Of a DNA stretch of 33,755 nucleotides, positions 28,430 through 33,755 are shown in pieces. The position numbers were made by a program, and so were the translations under genes. The DNA is from Sanchytrium tribonematis. Its lineage: Eukaryota. The notes beneath the pieces were generated by a model. The model saw nothing but the letters and a program-made list of their open reading frames with translations. It was not told where the DNA came from and searched no databases. How positions within the stretch are numbered: position 1 is the first letter of the stretch; each line of letters starts with the position of its first letter. The DNA is taken from the NCBI GenBank assembly GCA_018985235.1, contig JADGIG010000042.1, positions 1 through 33,755 on the forward strand, given 5' to 3'.

Positions 28430-30277
28430 TTATTCGCTTAAATGAAGAGATTTTGCCATTTGAACAGTTGAATTTCTGACATTTTTCGACACCTTTAAGG
28501 GTGGATAAACAGACAATCGTAAAACATCTTCAATGAGCTCGTAATTGCCTAAAATGTCAATGTGATCTGCAGTTTTCTTTCCACCTCTCATCATTTCTTG
28601 AGGGTCCAAACTAGATGACTCAATATGCTCATACTCTTTCACAATTACCGGTATTTTTGATGGGTTGTATTTTTTGAGTCGCCAAGCTTCAAGACAAACT
28701 CCAGATAAACTTAATAAATTCACTGTTCCGTCTCCATCGCTCATCTGGACACCGTGTCGGGTGTTGCTTTTTTCGCGTACATAAGTCACATCAATCTGAG
28801 GAGAAGTTTCTACATTACTTAGTAATTGGGCCATGTCTTTATAAAAATATTTCCTTTCAGTTGGCTTGCCATGCCCATAAAAACAGTAAATTTTAAGAGT
28901 ATTATTTAGTTCTGAGGGATGTAAAAATTTTCCAGTTTCAGTTTTTGGCTCTCGGTACATTTTAGGCAGAGCGCTTGCCAGTGGATTGGTCCACGATTTA
29001 ACAATATCATCAGGGTCTGTAAAATTCATGTCTTTGCTAAGTATAAAGTCATGACTGTAGAGATTTTTGATTTGTTTCCATTCTTTCGGCTTGTTAGAAA
29101 ACTCACCCAACATCTCCAAAAGCGAATCAACTGGTAAATTAATATTTTCATTAACAAGAGTAACCATAGCTCCAGAATCAAATCCATAATTGGCAAAATA
29201 AAAGTCAAAATTTTTCTTAGGACAAGATTGTAGCCAAGTTGTAAAACACTTTTGGTACTTACGATCCATAGTATCATCAGCTGATATCCATTCGCTTCCC
29301 CAGACTCTATTACCACCTTTTGGCAGCATTGAGAACATTCCGAACCAGCTCCAAAATAAATCTCGCCTTTCAGCACGATTAAACACAGACTCCAAGATTG
29401 CATTTCCATACGGCCCTAATTGGGCTGTATCTTTCATTTCTCCACTCAAAACGCCCGCAATTAATTTTGGGACACCTAAAAATGGAGCACCGATGTTAAC
29501 TACACTATTAATATGATCACTCACCCAACCATCGTTTTCGGAACCAGCGCCATGCTGTGATTCGACCCATTTTAAAAAATAATAGAACACTAGACCTCCC
29601 ATAGAATGAGTCAAAACCACGGCCTTGAGGCCCGTATGTCTAACCTTATTTTCTATGATTGATTTGAGTTCATTGAAATAGCCATCTCTTTTCTCTAATT
29701 GACTGTGGGCTAAGCGCCAATCGTACACAGCAGCATGAATATCATTGATATCATAGTCTAGAGCAATCAAATTTTCGACTATCCGCGCCCATACCCAATA
29801 ATTACCCATGAAATATTCCGCGGATTCCAAATCGCGAATTGGCCGAACCTTGATACCTTCAGGATCGGTGCCATTAACTAATTTCATATGGTCCATCCAG
29901 CATTGCTTGTTTGACAATAAAGCTAATATCATAGTGGGCGAACCCCAAATTTGATTTCTGAGATAATTTTTTAGGCATGTACTTTTCCAGAGCGATAAAT
30001 GAGAAGTGCCAATTCCTGGGATCAATAGTGTGAATCTTTTTTTGTAAGGTGCCTTATGTTTCTTTTTGTATTTTCTCAAAAACTCTATTGCAGGTGTTGT
30101 TTCTACCTGATTCACACCAAAAATCTGTGTAAAATTTCCACGCATAATATTGTTTAAAAAAAATTGCACCTTGTCCATGTCGTTCGATGGGGACTTTGTA
30201 AAATACACCGCGATTAAAATACCTAGAAAAATACCAAAGAATAGCCGCTTTGATACAAATTTAAAGTACGTTTTCAT
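28430..30277 (-). CDS. LRO1: Phospholipid:diacylglycerol acyltransferase (LCAT family)
   Basis: N-terminal TM, LIPGI, DPEGIKVR, YDWRL, THSMG lipase motif, SGEMKDT, GDGTVNLLS, DHIDILG. Confidence 0.93.
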   Translation of the reverse strand: MKTYFKFVSKRLFFGIFLGILIAVYFTKSPSNDMDKVQFFLNNIMRGNFTQIFGVNQVETTPAIEFLRKYKKKHKAPYKKRFTLLIPGIGTSHLSLWKSTCLKNYLRNQIWGSPTMILALLSNKQCWMDHMKLVNGTDPEGIKVRPIRDLESAEYFMGNYWVWARIVENLIALDYDINDIHAAVYDWRLAHSQLEKRDGYFNELKSIIENKVRHTGLKAVVLTHSMGGLVFYYFLKWVESQHGAGSENDGWVSDHINSVVNIGAPFLGVPKLIAGVLSGEMKDTAQLGPYGNAILESVFNRAERRDLFWSWFGMFSMLPKGGNRVWGSEWISADDTMDRKYQKCFTTWLQSCPKKNFDFYFANYGFDSGAMVTLVNENINLPVDSLLEMLGEFSNKPKEWKQIKNLYSHDFILSKDMNFTDPDDIVKSWTNPLASALPKMYREPKTETGKFLHPSELNNTLKIYCFYGHGKPTERKYFYKDMAQLLSNVETSPQIDVTYVREKSNTRHGVQMSDGDGTVNLLSLSGVCLEAWRLKKYNPSKIPVIVKEYEHIESSSLDPQEMMRGGKKTADHIDILGNYELIEDVLRLSVYPPLKVSKNVRNSTVQMAKSLHLSE

Positions 30278-30382
30278 CCCAATTAATTTGAGAGGGGTAT
30301 TGATAATTTGCACATAGCCTGAATTTAATTAATACATACTGGTTTGAAATTGAATTTCCAGAAGAAAAATCTCTCAAAACTT

Positions 30383-31072
30383 TTATTTTTCGTGTGGATA
30401 GGTAATCTTTTGGTATAGTTCAAAAGAAAATTCGAGTGGTACATTACTTAGCTCGTCACTATCTCGGGTGAATATCGCAAATTGAGTAGCGAATTCCTTA
30501 TCTTTAAATCCACAACCTCTCCACTCATATGAATAGCCGTATGAACAGGCGCTTTTGCTCCATTCCTCAAATTCAATCCTTGTCCATTCAAACTTATGAT
30601 CCAGATTCCTAAATCTATTCCAACCCATCATTTTGTTGAAATCATAATTTGGAGTGCTAATTATAACTGTTTGTGGCCTGTAAGTTTCAAATATAAGTTG
30701 CGTATATGTAGGTACATCTGTGATCTTTAAATGCTCTATGACCTCGATGGACATCAAAATATCTTTTCCAACTAGTCTCGAATCAAACTTTAAAAAGTCA
30801 CCCAGGTACGATTCGATTGTGAGTGGCTTCATTCGAGGATAGTCGATATCACGGTCGGTCACCGCAAGTAGTTCGCTTAGTTCTTTGAGTACAAAATCTT
30901 GCTGATCCACCGCTATTATCTTCTTGACCAATTCAAAATTCACTAATAAACCCAATTGCATGCCACTACCACAACCGAAATCTACCAACGTATCCCGATT
31001 CGAAATACTAGACACGATGTCTTTAACCATATGCTGCCTCTGTTCATTGAGCGGAGTTGGAAATATATTCAT
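30383..31072 (-). CDS. HEN1: Small RNA 2'-O-methyltransferase, Hen1/HENMT1 (MTase domain only)
   Basis: FPTPLNEQR (FxPP-like), DFGCGSG SAM motif, IEVIEH, STPNYDFN, FRNLDHKFEWTR, TQFAIF. Confidence 0.92.
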   Translation of the reverse strand: MNIFPTPLNEQRQHMVKDIVSSISNRDTLVDFGCGSGMQLGLLVNFELVKKIIAVDQQDFVLKELSELLAVTDRDIDYPRMKPLTIESYLGDFLKFDSRLVGKDILMSIEVIEHLKITDVPTYTQLIFETYRPQTVIISTPNYDFNKMMGWNRFRNLDHKFEWTRIEFEEWSKSACSYGYSYEWRGCGFKDKEFATQFAIFTRDSDELSNVPLEFSFELYQKITYPHEK

Positions 31073-31113
31073 GTAAAATGGTCGTACTCCTTGCACAATC
31101 AGTATTAGAATAT

Positions 31114-31713
31114 TCACAAGTTTATTGAATCTAAATACGAAGAAAGAGAGTCACTGACATAAATTGTATGTTTTTTCCAGTTGAGCGGTACTTTAAGATG
31201 CTCAGTCTTAACAGTTTCTCCTAAATTCACTTTCTCTACTTCTAAACCTACAAGCCTAAAGCACTTGACAAATTCAACAACCAGCCCGCTGAGCGTGTTG
31301 CAATAAAATGGCTTGCTGGTCAAAGACTTTTCCCTGGAAAGACCTAATGCGCCAAACCTTTTACAAATAACAACGCCTAATACCACATGAGAATATGGCA
31401 CTCTCTTGATAGAAATGGTAGAAAAGCTTATGAGAAACATTCTTATCATGTTGCAACTAATCAGATCTTTATGCCTAAATAAAAGCTCATGCATAGCGTA
31501 CAAGGTTGCATCCAAACAATTATATTCCTTGAATTCGCAAACTATATGATACCCATCCTCTATCCCGCGCGACTTTACTTTTCTCTGCAATTGCTTAGAG
31601 TAATTATGACCAAATTGCACCTGATGGCTATTATATTCTTTCTGTCTTAACAACTCTCTTATTTCGGAAATGACTTTCAGTGGTTCCATGCCACTGGCCT
31701 TTCCGAAAATCAT
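31114..31713 (-). CDS. VASH: Vasohibin-family tubulin detyrosinase (tubulinyl-Tyr carboxypeptidase)
   Basis: EYN, NCLDA (catalytic Cys), ISF, YSHVVLG (His), FGALGLSR (Ser), LTSKP, TLSGLV, KVNLG. Start at 31713 or 31689. Confidence 0.85.
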   Translation of the reverse strand: MIFGKASGMEPLKVISEIRELLRQKEYNSHQVQFGHNYSKQLQRKVKSRGIEDGYHIVCEFKEYNCLDATLYAMHELLFRHKDLISCNMIRMFLISFSTISIKRVPYSHVVLGVVICKRFGALGLSREKSLTSKPFYCNTLSGLVVEFVKCFRLVGLEVEKVNLGETVKTEHLKVPLNWKKHTIYVSDSLSSYLDSINL

Positions 31714-31806
31714 AGGCTTTTACAAGCATTTGAGGTACAAAATAAATACCGATAGAAGTTAACCATTTCCTGAAATCGCATAGCCTAGATAAGTAAAAAA
31801 GAAACA

Positions 31807-33755
31807 ATGGGGCTTCGTGGCATAACTGCAAATGGCTCGACATTTGAAATCCCAAAGACTCAAGACATGTTAAATTCCATCTTCAGGCCCAAAGAAGTCA
31901 ATTTGTTTGATGTTATTACATTGTCTTGCTTAGTTGTCCAAGCAATTGGCTTTTTTGTAGGTATGCCAAGGTGGTATACAATAACTATGTTTATATTTTG
32001 GAGACTCGCATATAACATAGGTCTTGGTTATATTCTAAAAATGCAATCCGACCACAAATGGCTTTTTTTGTTGGCAAAACAATACCAGCTTTTTGATACT
32101 GCGAAATCATCCCCATTGCAAAAATTTATTAAAACTCAACTTATCAAGAAAATGGGCAATGACTATAAGTATGAAGATGCCCCATTAGAACTGAACGTAT
32201 GGCTTCTTTTTCGAGCTTTAGTTGATATTATTTTATCGAATGATTTTTGTGCATTTGTAATTTTAACGTTGGTGCACGCAGACTATTCTTTTAAAACCTT
32301 TATGGATTTTATGCGACTTTTTATAGGTATCGGGTTATTGGTGTTCAACGTATGGGTCAAGTTGGATGCACATCGGGTAGTTGGAGATTTTGCGTGGTTT
32401 TGGGGAGACTTTTTCTTCCTATTAGATAATCCTTCTCTTTGTTTTGATGGAGTGTATGATGTCGCTCCTCATCCTATGTATTCGATAGGATATATTGGAA
32501 TGTACGGAGCCAGTTTGATCTCTAAGTCGTACACGGTTTTGTATTCCAGTTTATTAGCCCACACTTTGCAGTTTATTTTCTTGGCGGTTGTAGAAAATCC
32601 TCATATTAATAAGATTTACGGTCCTGAAGACTTTAAAAAACAATTTCTGAATTCAAATCCGCATTTATATCCTATAATTAGAACTTATTTTCAAAGAGAT
32701 TTGATTGTTTTTAAAAATTTTGATATTTTTCGCTCTCATGATCTCGCTTTAGTAATGCTAATAGTTTATGCTATTTTAATCGGTTTACTTCACCAATGGC
32801 TTGCTGTCATTCAAGCTATCTTCTGGATTATTATACATTCGTATGGAACTGGACTTGTTTTATCCTTACAAAGCGCTAGAAAATTATGGACAAGGCATTT
32901 CCTCAAAAACGGATTCTCGAACAAAGAAGCATTTGATAATTGGAAAAAGATGTATAACGCTAGTTTATGCCTGATGAATATCAGCGTCGCTGTTGCTGCT
33001 CTTCGCTACTACTCTTTTCCTGACGATTGGAGTTACGGCTCGTCCGCTTTGCAACATGTTGTTGGAGCTCTTTTAATTTTGCTTCAAGTTTACGTCAGTA
33101 TGTCCGTATACGAGGTTCTTGGAGAATTTGGCTGGTTTTACGGTGACTTTTTTTTGGAAACTGTCCCAACGCAACTCACTTATACTGGAATTTATCGCTA
33201 CATGAATAATCCTGATCGGATACTAGGTCAAGCTGGGTTTTGGGGAATCACTGTGATTTGCAATAGTTGGGTTGTATTTTCCATTACTTTATTTTCGTAT
33301 TTAAGCAATAATTTTGTTCTTCAGTTTGTAGAGAAGTATTTAATTATAATTTAGTCCTCATATGCACTATTTGTACGGTAATTTTGTGCGCAAAGAGTCG
33401 GGCGTAGAAAAGACACTGAAAAAGATTATGCCGCCACTGGCCAGGTTTCTTGAGATCTTTGAAAAGGAACGTCATCTCAACAGAAGCCAACCAACACCGT
33501 TAAGGAAAATGTCTGAGATTGTTGATAAGGCCGCACCCAAAATAAGAGATGTTTTTGACAAGGTCGAAGAAACATTAGATACGGCGCATATTAGGCGATC
33601 GTCAAGTTTCGATGTTGTCCCTCTTCCACAATCTAGCCTTGAGATTTATAGCGTCAATTTAAGCAAAAAGCAATACACACTGGCGGAGCCTGTAAAAATT
33701 AAATACACCATCCCCTCGGATCATGGAAAATTTGATTGGATTGCAATTTATAAAC
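31807..33755 (+). CDS. CHO2: Phosphatidylethanolamine N-methyltransferase Cho2/Pem1; exon 1 31807-33335, exon 2 from 33355 running off the window
   Basis: FEIPKTQDM, FWRLAYNIGLG, DFAWFWGDFFF, APHPMYSIGY, VENPHI, second PEMT repeat GWFYGDFF, spliced VENPHMHYLYG; exon 2 is open to the window end (DWIAIY). Confidence 0.95.
33336..33354 (+). other. 19-nt spliceosomal intron (GTATTTAATTATAATTTAG), phase 2
   Basis: Removal gives FVE-N-PHM, mirroring the VENPH motif of the first PEMT repeat. Confidence 0.95.

Noticed and set aside
31631..31855. 74-aa minus-strand ORF as an upstream exon of vasohibin
   Set aside because: No consensus 19-nt intron links it to the vasohibin frame, and it overlaps the Cho2 start.
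1296..33354. Split genes interpreted as pseudogenes, sequencing frameshifts or programmed ribosomal frameshifting
   Set aside because: Each break contains 19 extra bases bounded by GT..AG with a shared internal motif, and excising them restores conserved motifs exactly. Single-base errors or slippage would leave six extra residues or an in-frame stop.
111..33354. Stop-codon reassignment (e.g. TAA/TAG read as Gln, as in some aphelids and ciliates)
   Set aside because: Long conserved ORFs have no internal TAA/TAG, genes end at the expected places with TAA, and the downstream parts of split genes are in a different frame.

Overview
This is eukaryotic nuclear DNA, not prokaryotic. It is AT-rich and extremely gene-dense, with about 32 protein-coding genes in 33.7 kb and intergenic gaps often 2-90 nt, read in the standard genetic code. 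The gene content points to a compact-genomed, early-diverging zoosporic fungus or close relative: Vam7-type PX-SNARE, Cho2, Lro1, class II DAHP synthase and PacC-like zinc fingers, plus the flagellar radial-spoke head RSP4/6, vasohibin and a complex I subunit. A sanchytrid-like lineage is a guess only. The main discovery is that every gene that appears broken in the ORF track is repaired by removing one GT-AG intron of exactly 19 nt. I found nine such introns, all fitting GTA-N8-T-W-A-Y-N-HAG, with an invariant A at position 14 (6 nt from the 3' end) that looks like a fixed-position branch point. This suggests a uniform-length, ultra-small spliceosomal intron system, comparable to those of Stentor and chlorarachniophyte nucleomorphs but in a fungus-like genome. 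Other signs of compaction are stop codons fused into AATAAA signals, abutting genes and shortened proteins. No rRNA, tRNA, CRISPR array or mobile element was recognised.
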